Virus record (IMG/VR): IMGVR_UViG_3300031519_000100
Location: 1 to 34,783 of that record
From: a virus
Taxonomy: Duplodnaviria; Caudoviricetes
DNA length: 34,783 bases
Reading direction: 5' to 3' (one strand)
This document shows positions 18,570 to 26,664 of this stretch, piece by piece. The notes under the pieces were generated by a model that saw only the letters and a list, made by a program, of their open reading frames with translations, did no database searches and was not told the DNA's origin. The translations under genes were made by a program, and so were the position numbers. Each line of letters starts with the position of its first letter. The first letter of the stretch is position 1.

Positions 18570-18920
18570 ATGTTACATTTTGAAACACAAGAATTTGATT
18601 CACCTGACTTACCTAATAGTGGCATTAATATGGATAATGCTTTTTTGCAGATGCTTGACGATGCACGTGGTATTGCAGGGATACCATTTAAGATCACATC
18701 CGGATACAGATCCGTTTCTCACAATAAGTCCGTTGGAGGTGTACAAAACTCCTCGCACCTTATCGGAAAAGCCGCAGATATTGCGGTGGGAAGTGGCAAA
18801 GAAAGATACATTATTATTAATGCCCTTATCAAAGCAAATTTTAAAAGACTGGGCGTCGCTAAATCCTTTATTCATTGCGACAACGATGACTCCAAACCCG
18901 ATTCTATCTGGACGTACTAA
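18570..18920 (+). CDS. Endolysin, peptidase M15 family
   Basis: ITSGYRS..HN..VGG..NSSHL.G.AADI and FIHCD zinc-peptidase motifs. Confidence 0.88.
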   Translation: MLHFETQEFDSPDLPNSGINMDNAFLQMLDDARGIAGIPFKITSGYRSVSHNKSVGGVQNSSHLIGKAADIAVGSGKERYIIINALIKANFKRLGVAKSFIHCDNDDSKPDSIWTY

Positions 18921-18938
18921 TACCGTAGGTAATACTTT

Positions 18939-19355
18939 ATGGCTGAAAGAAAGAAAATAAAAGATACCGCCGTAGGTAAGTTTCTGCTCTCTAAAATTCC
19001 TAACGTTGTTTCGGCTATTGCGGATAATACAGCCGTTGGTAGCGTCTTACAAGCTATTATAGGCGGCTCCGATATGAGCGAAGACGATAAACAAGTAGCT
19101 CTTAAAAAACTTGATATAGAACGAGCCGAAATAGACGGGACTACTAGACGTTGGGTGGCGGACGCTAGGAGCGGCTCTTGGCTATCCTCTAACGTTAGAC
19201 CTTTAACTTTAGTATTCTTAACCGTAAGTTATGTAATAGGTTGGTATATGGGCTATCCTTTGGATTCTATTACCGGTTTGCTGAGTATTGTGATTGGAGG
19301 ATATTTCGGAAGCAGAGGTGTTGAGAAAGTATTCGGAAACTCAAAACATCAATAA
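18939..19355 (+). CDS. Holin (3TM/GTA-holin-like)
   Basis: RWVAD...SWLSSNVRPL, two C-terminal hydrophobic helices, GGYFGSRGVEK; next to the endolysin. Confidence 0.8.
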   Translation: MAERKKIKDTAVGKFLLSKIPNVVSAIADNTAVGSVLQAIIGGSDMSEDDKQVALKKLDIERAEIDGTTRRWVADARSGSWLSSNVRPLTLVFLTVSYVIGWYMGYPLDSITGLLSIVIGGYFGSRGVEKVFGNSKHQ

Positions 19356-19486
19356 TGGCAAAGCAAATAGTTATTAACTATAAAAAAGTTAAGATTAAGC
19401 GTAAGGGAATACATAGTAAATGTAAGAACTCGGCTTTAAAATCTTCTAAGAATTATTCTAAAAAATATCGTGGTCAAGGCAAATAG
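19355..19486 (+). CDS. Small basic peptide ending KKYRGQGK (43 aa)
   Basis: TAATG coupling; MAKQIVINYKKVKIKRKGIHSKCKNSALKSSKNYSKKYRGQGK. Confidence 0.7.
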   Translation: MAKQIVINYKKVKIKRKGIHSKCKNSALKSSKNYSKKYRGQGK

Positions 19487-19512
19487 TGTTTATAACTCAA
19501 TTATCCAAACTC

Positions 19513-19543
19513 TTGATTATTAAAAAAAAACGAAGTAACTTTG
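19513..19543 (+). promoter_or_regulatory. Bacteroidota-type host promoter opening the recombination/replication region
   Basis: TTG-N20-TAACTTTG upstream of the ORF at 19614. Confidence 0.6.
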
Positions 19544-19613
19544 GTGGGTAGTGGTTAAATAACTACTTAATTATCTTATATAATAAATTTTTACAAATTT
19601 TAATTAATATATA

Positions 19614-19871
19614 ATGGAAATTGAAGAAAGAATAAGAAAGATACAAGGGTATAAAACTTGGAGCTTAAAAAAGAAAGTTGATGCTCTTTTAGAAATCGAT
19701 GCAAACAATTATACAAATCTAGGTATAGACTCAAGCAAAACCGAAAAGAAAGAAGTAAAAACAATAAGTAGAAAAATCTATAAGGCTATATCTTTAATAA
19801 GTCCTTTAGACGGTTATATCTTAGAGTCCCATATGAACGAAAAGGATTTAAGAAATCTTATAGATGCCTAA
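19614..19871 (+). CDS. Hypothetical protein
   Basis: 85-aa ORF overlapping the NinG start. Confidence 0.75.
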   Translation: MEIEERIRKIQGYKTWSLKKKVDALLEIDANNYTNLGIDSSKTEKKEVKTISRKIYKAISLISPLDGYILESHMNEKDLRNLIDA

Positions 19872-20247
19872 AAAACCAACAAGAAGTAAACTTGTAAAGA
19901 AACTCGATACGGTATTTAGTCAATGGATAAGGTTAAGCAATGCGGACAACAATAAAAATTGTATTTGTATTACTTGCAATAAGACGTTCTTTTGGAAAGA
20001 AATCCAAGCGGGGCATTTTATGAGTAGAAAACATTATAGTATTCGTTGGGACGAAAGAAACGTTAAACCTCAGTGTGTTGGTTGTAATGTATTTAAATAC
20101 GGAGAACAATATAAATTTTCTCTTTTTTTAGGGAAAGACGCTGCGGAAGTATTATATTTGAAAAGTAAAGAAATTGTTAAGTTTACTAATTATGAACTTG
20201 AAGATAAAATAAACGATTATAGTCTTAGACTAAAAAAGCTTACTTGA
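19864..20247 (+). CDS. ninG: NinG/Rap-like recombination endonuclease
   Basis: LDTVFSQWIR, CITC, QAGHF.SR, RWDERNVKPQCVGCN. Confidence 0.85.
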   Translation: MPKKPTRSKLVKKLDTVFSQWIRLSNADNNKNCICITCNKTFFWKEIQAGHFMSRKHYSIRWDERNVKPQCVGCNVFKYGEQYKFSLFLGKDAAEVLYLKSKEIVKFTNYELEDKINDYSLRLKKLT

Positions 20248-20277
20248 TTTTTTTCTTGTAATATTGTTCTTTGTTTG

Positions 20278-20312
20278 AAAAGGGTAGGATTAATTTCTTG
20301 CCCTTTTTTTTT
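20278..20312 (+). terminator. Intrinsic terminator after ninG
   Basis: AAAAGGGTAGGA-loop-TCTTGCCCTTTT followed by a T-run. Confidence 0.7.
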
Positions 20313-20340
20313 GTTAATTATTTTTTTGTATCTTTACAAT

Positions 20341-20448
20341 ATGGAACAATTTACAAAGGCGGAACTCTATGGTAAGACTTTAGAACTGCAACACGAAAAC
20401 GAACAATTAAAGAATCAATTAATCTTAAACTTAAAGAACAATGAGTAA
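20341..20448 (+). CDS. Small coiled-coil peptide (35 aa)
   Basis: MEQFTKAELYGKTLELQHENEQLKNQLILNLKNNE; preceded by a TATCTTTA -7-like element; overlaps the ERF start. Confidence 0.5.
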   Translation: MEQFTKAELYGKTLELQHENEQLKNQLILNLKNNE

Positions 20449-20965
20449 GAAAGAAACAAGTATTAATGAAAAGCTATTTAACCTACAACAAGAAATAGGT
20501 ACAATTAGCAAGGATGCAAGTAATCCTTTTTATAAGTCAAAGTATTTTGATATAAACTCTTTGATAAAACAACTTCAACCTTTATTAAAAAAGAATAAGC
20601 TTTTACTTTTACAACCTATCGAAGAAGATATGGTAGTAAGTAAGTTACTTTGTATTGAAGGAGGAGGAGGAGTAGTAAGCGGATTAAAATTACCTCCAAT
20701 AGCGGATCCACAAAAATTAGGAAGTTGTATAACATATTACCGACGCTATACGCTTTCAAGTCTTTTAGGTTTACAATCCGAGGATGACGATGCAAATGCG
20801 GCAAGCGGTAACACGATAGAAACAAAAGAGAAACCTTGGCTAAATAAAGATACTTTACAATTTACCAAAGCGATAGACTTCTTAACTCAAGGCGGTAATA
20901 TCAAAGATATAGAAGCAAAGTACAAAATAAGTAAATCGGTTAAGGATGAGTTATCTAAACTGTAA
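20441..20965 (+). CDS. erf: ERF-family single-strand annealing protein
   Basis: KDASNPFYKSKY, PQKLGSCITYYRRYTL..LLGL..EDDDAN. Confidence 0.9.
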   Translation: MSKKETSINEKLFNLQQEIGTISKDASNPFYKSKYFDINSLIKQLQPLLKKNKLLLLQPIEEDMVVSKLLCIEGGGGVVSGLKLPPIADPQKLGSCITYYRRYTLSSLLGLQSEDDDANAASGNTIETKEKPWLNKDTLQFTKAIDFLTQGGNIKDIEAKYKISKSVKDELSKL

Positions 20966-21024
20966 AATAAAAAAAGTATATTACACAACTAAATATAAAA
21001 ACAAATCAATCAAAATAACTATTT

Positions 21025-21357
21025 ATGGAAATTACAGGAAATATCAAATTAATAAACGAAACGGAAACGGGAACCTCGAAAGCGGGAAAGGAATGGGCGA
21101 AACGTCAAATAGTAGTAACGACTAGCGAAACGTATCCTCAACATATAGCTATTGATTTTATGGGAGATAAAATAACTCAAATAAATAATTTCGAAGTTGG
21201 GAACCCGGTAGTAGTATCTATTAATATTAGAGGTAACGAGTATAACGGAAAATACTACAATAGTATAAACGGTTGGAAAATTGCAAACTCAATAGGACAA
21301 GTAAATAATACGGAGCAAAACCCGTCGAGAGAACAAACGGCGGACTTGCCTTTTTAA
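21025..21357 (+). CDS. Single-stranded DNA-binding protein (DUF3127-like)
   Basis: MEITG.I, GKEW.K, YPQ.I, NIRG.EYNGKYYNSI.GWKI; C-terminal DLPF. Confidence 0.85.
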   Translation: MEITGNIKLINETETGTSKAGKEWAKRQIVVTTSETYPQHIAIDFMGDKITQINNFEVGNPVVVSINIRGNEYNGKYYNSINGWKIANSIGQVNNTEQNPSREQTADLPF

Positions 21358-21364
21358 TTTAATC

Positions 21365-21387
21365 GGGGGTTAATAGCCCCCTTTTTT
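21365..21387 (+). terminator. Intrinsic terminator after the SSB gene
   Basis: GGGGGTTAATAGCCCCC followed by TTTTTT. Confidence 0.8.
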
Positions 21388-21396
21388 AATACCTTA

Positions 21397-21546
21397 ATGA
21401 AAAAACTTAAAGAAAATGAGCCTTTCCCCGTTGACTTTTGGAATTACAACGTAAACCAAATTACGGGTTATTATATTAAATCAAACAGAAACGAACAAAA
21501 CAAAAAAACAATTAAAAAATACGCTAAACCCCCACAAGGATTATGA
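21397..21546 (+). CDS. Small hypothetical protein (49 aa)
   Basis: MKKLKENEPFPVDFWNYNVNQITGYY...; ATGA overlap with the helicase gene. Confidence 0.6.
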   Translation: MKKLKENEPFPVDFWNYNVNQITGYYIKSNRNEQNKKTIKKYAKPPQGL

Positions 21547-22457
21547 TAGCACAAGCGAAGAACATACAAAACAAAATACTAGATATTAAATACGGTAGAA
21601 TAAAACAAGGTTTAAAGCTTGGTATACCTCAGATAGATGAGCACTTGCGCTACAAACAGGGCAATTTTAATTTGGTAATCGGACACGCCAATTCGGGGAA
21701 AACAACTATTATGATTTACTTGTTTGTACTTTGGGCGGTTAAATATAAGTTGAGGTTTTTAATTTGGTCGAGCGAAAATACTCCTCAATCAATAGTAAGA
21801 AAGATTATAGAATTTAAAATGGGGTTACCAATTACCGAGGCTACGGATAAACAAATTAATACCGCCGTCTCTTGGTGCGACAATCATTTTAAAATTATAG
21901 ACGTAGAAGATTTATATACCTATAAGCAACTAATAAAAGAAGCTCAACAAATTAAGGACGCTTGGAATTACGATTGTCTTTTAATAGATCCCTATAATAG
22001 TTTATCTAAAGATCCAACGTTACAAAAGCTCGTAGGTAATTCGCACGATTACGATTATCAAGTAGCGAGCGAGTTTAGACTATTAGCTAAGAAGAGAAAT
22101 ATAACCTTGTATTTGAACGCTCACGGAGTAACTAGCGCAATGCGTGCGATACATACCAACGGCGAATATCAAGGCTTGCCTAAACCCCTAGGAATGGCGG
22201 ACGTTGAAGGAGGAGGTAAATGGGGAAACCGGGCTGACGATACGCTTTGTATACATAGATACTCGACGCATCCTACCGATTGGATGTATTCTAATATTTT
22301 CATACTCAAGGTAAAAGAAAACGAAACCGGCGGAAGACCCACACCGTTCGATTCGCCTATACAAATTAAAATGAAGATTAATAACGTCGGGTTTGAATAT
22401 CTAGGATCTGATTTATTAAAAGAAAAAGAATCTATAACCGATAAAATACCGTTTTGA
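21543..22457 (+). CDS. DnaB-like (SF4) replicative helicase, no primase domain
   Basis: Walker A GHANSGKT, WSSEN, Walker B LLIDPYN, LNAH, NRAD. Confidence 0.85.
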   Translation: MIAQAKNIQNKILDIKYGRIKQGLKLGIPQIDEHLRYKQGNFNLVIGHANSGKTTIMIYLFVLWAVKYKLRFLIWSSENTPQSIVRKIIEFKMGLPITEATDKQINTAVSWCDNHFKIIDVEDLYTYKQLIKEAQQIKDAWNYDCLLIDPYNSLSKDPTLQKLVGNSHDYDYQVASEFRLLAKKRNITLYLNAHGVTSAMRAIHTNGEYQGLPKPLGMADVEGGGKWGNRADDTLCIHRYSTHPTDWMYSNIFILKVKENETGGRPTPFDSPIQIKMKINNVGFEYLGSDLLKEKESITDKIPF

Positions 22458-22675
22458 TTATACTAATTTTTTTATTGATAGTTGCGTTTGTCTTTTTATT
22501 AATAGGACATTTAAAAGACGGCGAAATTATTATTAGTCCAATCAAAGGAATAATGTTTGGTTTTTTATATCACAAAGAAGAGTATTTAGAAGAGGACGAG
22601 TTTACCTTACAATGTCTATTAGGAGTAATAAGTGTAAACGTAATATGGAAAAAACCGCCGAATGGCTTAAAATAG
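22454..22675 (+). CDS. Small protein with N-terminal hydrophobic helix
   Basis: 73 aa, TTG start overlapping the helicase stop. Confidence 0.6.
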   Translation: MIILIFLLIVAFVFLLIGHLKDGEIIISPIKGIMFGFLYHKEEYLEEDEFTLQCLLGVISVNVIWKKPPNGLK

Positions 22676-23196
22676 TAGCTAAAGACCATAAAAAGTGGGT
22701 TAAGCTAGTTAATGATTTAGGAGAGTATAGTTTCGCCGAGGATATCGTCCAAGAGGCTTATATTGTTTTATATAAATATACCAATGAAGAAAGTATTATT
22801 AAAAACGGGAAGGTATCTAAAGGATATATGTTTTATACTTTACGTTCGGTTTTGTTTCAATTACACAATGCTAAAAAGAAATTTAAAAAGCAAGAAATAA
22901 CCGACAAAGAATTTTTTAATAAAATACCTCATATAGATAATTTAGACGTTGAGGAAGGTTATAACAATTTTTGTATTCTATTAGATAAAAAGGTAGATAC
23001 TTTTAATTGGTATGATCAAAAGCTTTGGAGGTTATATAGCCAAACCGATATGAGTATAAGGAAAATAGCCTCCGAAACTAATATAAGTTGGGTAAGTATA
23101 TTTAACAGCCTAAAGAATATTAAGAACGATTTAAGAGAGGATTTAAAAGAAGATTACGAGGACTGGCTAAATAAAGATTTCGAACGATTAAAATAA
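22645..23196 (+). CDS. Phage-encoded sigma70/ECF-like sigma factor
   Basis: Region 2-like AEDIVQEAYI; region 4 HTH SIRKIASETNISWVSIFNSLK; start reassigned to the ATG at 22645. Confidence 0.8.
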   Translation: MEKTAEWLKIVAKDHKKWVKLVNDLGEYSFAEDIVQEAYIVLYKYTNEESIIKNGKVSKGYMFYTLRSVLFQLHNAKKKFKKQEITDKEFFNKIPHIDNLDVEEGYNNFCILLDKKVDTFNWYDQKLWRLYSQTDMSIRKIASETNISWVSIFNSLKNIKNDLREDLKEDYEDWLNKDFERLK

Positions 23197-23201
23197 AAAC
23201 T

Positions 23202-23618
23202 ATGGAAGAGTACAAAGGTGACAAAAGAAGTAAGGAATATCGACAATGGAAAAAAAACCTAGAGCAATCTAGTAAAGGATTAGGAGATAAAGTCGAGAAG
23301 GTTTTTAAAACGGTAGGAATTGACAAGGCGGCAAAATTTATATTAGGAGAGGACTGCGGATGCGAAGAGCGTAAGGATACATTAAATAAAATCTTTCCAA
23401 GTAAAAAGATAAATTGTTTAACGGAGGAAGAGTATAATTACTTAGCTAATTTTTTTGAGTCTAAACCTCAAACCGTTAAGCCGGATATCCAAAAGGAGTT
23501 AATTGTTATATACAATCGTATTTTTAACGAGCGAGCCGGTACAACGGGATGCGACTCTTGTTTCGCTAGGGGTATCTTTGCTAAACTAAAACAAGTATTT
23601 AACGAGTATAACGATTGA
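23202..23618 (+). CDS. Conserved phage protein with GLGD...CGC motif, probably metal-binding
   Basis: GLGDKVEK...EDCGCEERK...CL...CDSC. Confidence 0.7.
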   Translation: MEEYKGDKRSKEYRQWKKNLEQSSKGLGDKVEKVFKTVGIDKAAKFILGEDCGCEERKDTLNKIFPSKKINCLTEEEYNYLANFFESKPQTVKPDIQKELIVIYNRIFNERAGTTGCDSCFARGIFAKLKQVFNEYND

Positions 23619-23995
23619 AAGAGAAAGAACTATTTGAGTATCTTATAGATTGTTGTTACCCGGATCTAGTAAAAGCTAAAAAACAAATGTCTCGATGGGA
23701 TTGTTATAGTCCGGATAGTAGCCATAGGATAGAATTAAAATGTAGGGGTAAGCATTACGATACGTTATTAATTGAAAAAAAGAAGTTCGACGCTTTAATC
23801 GTAAAATGTAACGACAATCTCGATATACCTCTTTATATAAATTCTACTCCAAAAGGAGTATTTAAATTTAATTTGTATATTGTTGAGCCGATTTGGGAAA
23901 TACAATACCATAATAAAACTACTCAATTTGCGAACAATAATAAGATACCTAAAGAGGTTGCGATGCTAGATATAAAAGACGCAGAAATATTATAA
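23615..23995 (+). CDS. PD-(D/E)xK nuclease-like protein
   Basis: E...WDC...IELKCR pattern. Confidence 0.6.
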   Translation: MKEKELFEYLIDCCYPDLVKAKKQMSRWDCYSPDSSHRIELKCRGKHYDTLLIEKKKFDALIVKCNDNLDIPLYINSTPKGVFKFNLYIVEPIWEIQYHNKTTQFANNNKIPKEVAMLDIKDAEIL

Positions 23996-24006
23996 ACAAA
24001 GAAACA

Positions 24007-24321
24007 ATGAACAAGAAAATAAACAATATTAAAGAAGCGGAATACTATACAAACTTCAACTTAGTTGGAGAAAATATAATTAAATCAAGAAAGCTAAAGC
24101 CAGAAAACAAAGCCTTAAACGAGATGTATTTCTCTTGGCAAGAGGTAGGCTTTTACGTACATAACCTTATAGGTAGCGAGAGACTTTATAACGATTCTTT
24201 AAGCGAGTACCGAACCGATAAAATAAGAGCCGTAGAGCGTGCGAGAGTTGCCGAAGATAAGGTTAAAGGATTAGAGGAAGAGATACAAAGACTAAAAACT
24301 AGAATCGATGTTGGTATTTAA
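24007..24321 (+). CDS. Hypothetical protein with C-terminal coiled coil
   Basis: 104-aa ORF within the operon. Confidence 0.7.
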   Translation: MNKKINNIKEAEYYTNFNLVGENIIKSRKLKPENKALNEMYFSWQEVGFYVHNLIGSERLYNDSLSEYRTDKIRAVERARVAEDKVKGLEEEIQRLKTRIDVGI

Positions 24322-24403
24322 AATTATTTTAGGGTACGGACTATTAAGAATAATAGAAGCAATGGTAGTAAAAGCAATTAAACAAAGTTATTTCGATGAG
24401 TGA
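24308..24403 (+). CDS. Small hydrophobic peptide (31 aa)
   Basis: MLVFKIILGYGLLRIIEAMVVKAIKQSYFDE; bridges the gap between neighbouring genes. Confidence 0.4.
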   Translation: MLVFKIILGYGLLRIIEAMVVKAIKQSYFDE

Positions 24404-24665
24404 TTCAATAAAGAAGTGGCACGAAATGCAAGAAGATAAAAAATGGACTTCCGATAGTACGGGATACTCTTATAATAATCTTCCGAAAGATCCAATAGTA
24501 GAAAACGTTTTAAACAAGTTTAAGGCTCGATCAAGAGACGGTATTATAAAGTATGGCACAACTCTATACGATAACCCCGACGGGTTTTTTAAGTTCCTTA
24601 CGCATCTTCAAGAGGAGTTAATGGATGCTACGCTATATATTGAGAAGCTAAAACAACAGAAATGA
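24396..24665 (+). CDS. Hypothetical protein, possibly MazG-like nucleotide pyrophosphohydrolase fold
   Basis: GIIKYGTTL...HLQEELMDATLY. Confidence 0.5.
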   Translation: MSDSIKKWHEMQEDKKWTSDSTGYSYNNLPKDPIVENVLNKFKARSRDGIIKYGTTLYDNPDGFFKFLTHLQEELMDATLYIEKLKQQK

Positions 24666-24775
24666 AAGAATCAACATTAGTTAAGATGCAATACGATCTT
24701 AAGTTAGTACAACAAGCTTTAGTAGTTGCGTTAAATAAAATAGAAGCAATAGAAAATAAATTAGAAAAAAGTTAA
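24662..24775 (+). CDS. Small coiled-coil peptide (37 aa)
   Basis: ATGA coupling; MKESTLVKMQYDLKLVQQALVVALNKIEAIENKLEKS. Confidence 0.55.
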   Translation: MKESTLVKMQYDLKLVQQALVVALNKIEAIENKLEKS

Positions 24776-24782
24776 TAAAATG

Positions 24783-24812
24783 TTTGTATGTTAAAAATAA
24801 ATACTATATTTG
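24783..24812 (+). promoter_or_regulatory. Bacteroidota-type host promoter
   Basis: TTTG-N18-TATATTTG; 33 bp (24765-24797) identical to 30309-30341. Confidence 0.8.
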
Positions 24813-24837
24813 AGTATAATTAACAAAAACAAACAAA

Positions 24838-25062
24838 ATGAAAGATTTAAAAATAACACAATTAGAAGAAACGGTATTAGAGATTATCTCTTGGGGAGAT
24901 GAGTACGAAGAAACTCCAGCTGAATGTTTTGGGAATATAATGGACAGCTTTAACGGAAGTAAAAATCAATTAAAAGGGGTTTTAGGTTCGCTTATTACAA
25001 AAGATTTAATATGGGAAGGAGAATACCCAAACGGATTAAATAGTTATCATTTAAATAATTAA
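24838..25062 (+). CDS. Hypothetical protein, moron-like (possible winged helix)
   Basis: 74 aa with its own promoter and terminator; ITQLE..VL...NQLKGVLGSLITKDLI. Confidence 0.75.
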   Translation: MKDLKITQLEETVLEIISWGDEYEETPAECFGNIMDSFNGSKNQLKGVLGSLITKDLIWEGEYPNGLNSYHLNN

Positions 25063-25070
25063 AAATAACA

Positions 25071-25091
25071 GGGGGCGAAAGTCCCCTTTTT
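25071..25091 (+). terminator. Intrinsic terminator
   Basis: GGGGGC-GAAA-GTCCCC followed by TTTTT. Confidence 0.8.
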
Positions 25092-25103
25092 AAATAAAGA
25101 ACA

Positions 25104-25250
25104 ATGGACATAGAAAAACGTACACAAAACGCATTTAAGATTGGACAGGCTTTAGGTAAAGCAAAGCAAATACTTTATTATAGCACTAACGATATTAATA
25201 AAAAACAATTACAAGAATTAATTAAAACAATAAATAGCATAGAATTATGA
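25104..25250 (+). CDS. Small hypothetical protein (48 aa)
   Basis: MDIEKRTQNAFKIGQALGKAKQ...; ATGA overlap with the next gene. Confidence 0.55.
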   Translation: MDIEKRTQNAFKIGQALGKAKQILYYSTNDINKKQLQELIKTINSIEL

Positions 25251-26014
25251 TAACATTACTAAACGGGGACGCTTGGGCAAAGGAAGAAATCCTAGCTAAT
25301 ATGTTTGACGATGAGTTTTATTATGGGCATCTAGGCAAGCACGCTTTAAGTAGCTCAAGCCTTAAAACTATTCTTAAAAGTCCTAAGACTTATAGAAACG
25401 TAATTAAGTACGGAGATCCTAGCGCAGATAGTCCGGCTTTATCTCTAGGAAAATTAGCACATTGGATGTTATTAGAACCGCATAAGATTGATAAGCTACA
25501 TTTTATAGACGCTTCGACTAAGAATACATTAAAATATAAAGAAGCTAAAGAAAACTACGACGAAGTATTTTTAACTAAAGAACGCAAAGCAACGGAACGA
25601 ATAACCGACGCCGTACTAAGAAACGAAGCCGCTTTAAAACTATTAAGTAATAGCGAGTTTGAAGTTCCCGAGATTGCAATGCTTGAAGGATTACCGTTTC
25701 GAGGAAAGGCGGACATTATACAAGGCGATACTATAATTGATTACAAGACATCTAGCGAGCTTAAAGGATTTAGGTACTCGGCGGATAAGTACGGGTATGA
25801 CCTACAAGCCTATTTATATTTAAGACTTTTTAATAAAAAGAAGTTTACTTTTTTAGTAGTAGATAAAGGAAGTACCGATATAGCAATATTCGAAACAAGC
25901 GAAGATTTTATTAATAAAGGAAAAGATAAGTTTTATACCGCCGTTGAGAACTACAAGTATTTCTTTGAGGATAATAACGATCTCGACCAATACGTTATGC
26001 GGGGAATACTATGA
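25247..26014 (+). CDS. RecE/exodeoxyribonuclease VIII-like PD-(D/E)xK exonuclease
   Basis: LSSSSLK..L.SP, G.L.H...LEP, E, RGKADII, IIDYKT, YDLQAYLY. Confidence 0.85.
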   Translation: MITLLNGDAWAKEEILANMFDDEFYYGHLGKHALSSSSLKTILKSPKTYRNVIKYGDPSADSPALSLGKLAHWMLLEPHKIDKLHFIDASTKNTLKYKEAKENYDEVFLTKERKATERITDAVLRNEAALKLLSNSEFEVPEIAMLEGLPFRGKADIIQGDTIIDYKTSSELKGFRYSADKYGYDLQAYLYLRLFNKKKFTFLVVDKGSTDIAIFETSEDFINKGKDKFYTAVENYKYFFEDNNDLDQYVMRGIL

Positions 26015-26664
26015 GAGAGTTTAGCTTCGATACAATAGAAGATTTCGACGGGCATATTAATAAAAGTATTCCTTCGTTTAATATATTACTAAACTTAATA
26101 GAAAACATTTCTTATAGTTTTATAAGAGATAATTATAACGTCTACGATTTAGGTTGCTCCAAAGGTAGCTTACTTTTAAATCTAAGTAAAGACAATAAAA
26201 CAAATACTAAGTTTGTAGGATACGATATATCTTCAAACCTTTTGCCTAAGAAACAAGATAAGGTATTATTTGAAAAAAGAGATATAACGGAAGAGGATAT
26301 TAAATTTGTAGATCCGTCTTTAATATTGTCGATATTTACGTTACAGTTTATTGATTATAGTAAAAGAAAACCTTTACTAAATAAGATATATAAATCTTTA
26401 AATAAAGGAGGAGCTTTTATAATAGCAGAGAAAGTATTTGTTGAGGACTCGTATATACAAGATATATTTACTTTTGCCCTATACGATTATAAAATAACTA
26501 ATTTTACTCCTAGCGAGATCTTGAGCAAACAAAAAGATTTAAGAAAGATTATGTTTCCCCTAAAGGAAAAAGAAAATATTAAGTTATTTAAAGAAGCCGG
26601 GTTTAAAACAATAGAACCTTTTTTCCAATCCTTAAATTTTAAAGCTTGGTTATGTATAAAGTAG
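26011..26664 (+). CDS. cmoA: CmoA-like carboxy-S-adenosylmethionine synthase
   Basis: FD.HI.KSIP, VYDLGCS.G, FTLQFI...R..LL.KIY..L..GGA.I.AEK, EI..K...L...M and AGF...E.FFQ.LNF all parallel the CmoA family. Confidence 0.82.
   Translation: MREFSFDTIEDFDGHINKSIPSFNILLNLIENISYSFIRDNYNVYDLGCSKGSLLLNLSKDNKTNTKFVGYDISSNLLPKKQDKVLFEKRDITEEDIKFVDPSLILSIFTLQFIDYSKRKPLLNKIYKSLNKGGAFIIAEKVFVEDSYIQDIFTFALYDYKITNFTPSEILSKQKDLRKIMFPLKEKENIKLFKEAGFKTIEPFFQSLNFKAWLCIK

Noticed and set aside
19544-19570. Small hairpin AGTGGTT-AAAT-AACTACT as an ncRNA or tRNA fragment
   Set aside because: Only a 7-bp stem with no cloverleaf; too weak to call.
26011-26664. Auxiliary tRNA-modification role for the CmoA-like gene
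   Set aside because: No cmoB or tRNA gene in the genome, and it overlaps a DNA C5-transferase with the basic motif X residue. A tRNA role through host enzymes is not formally excluded.
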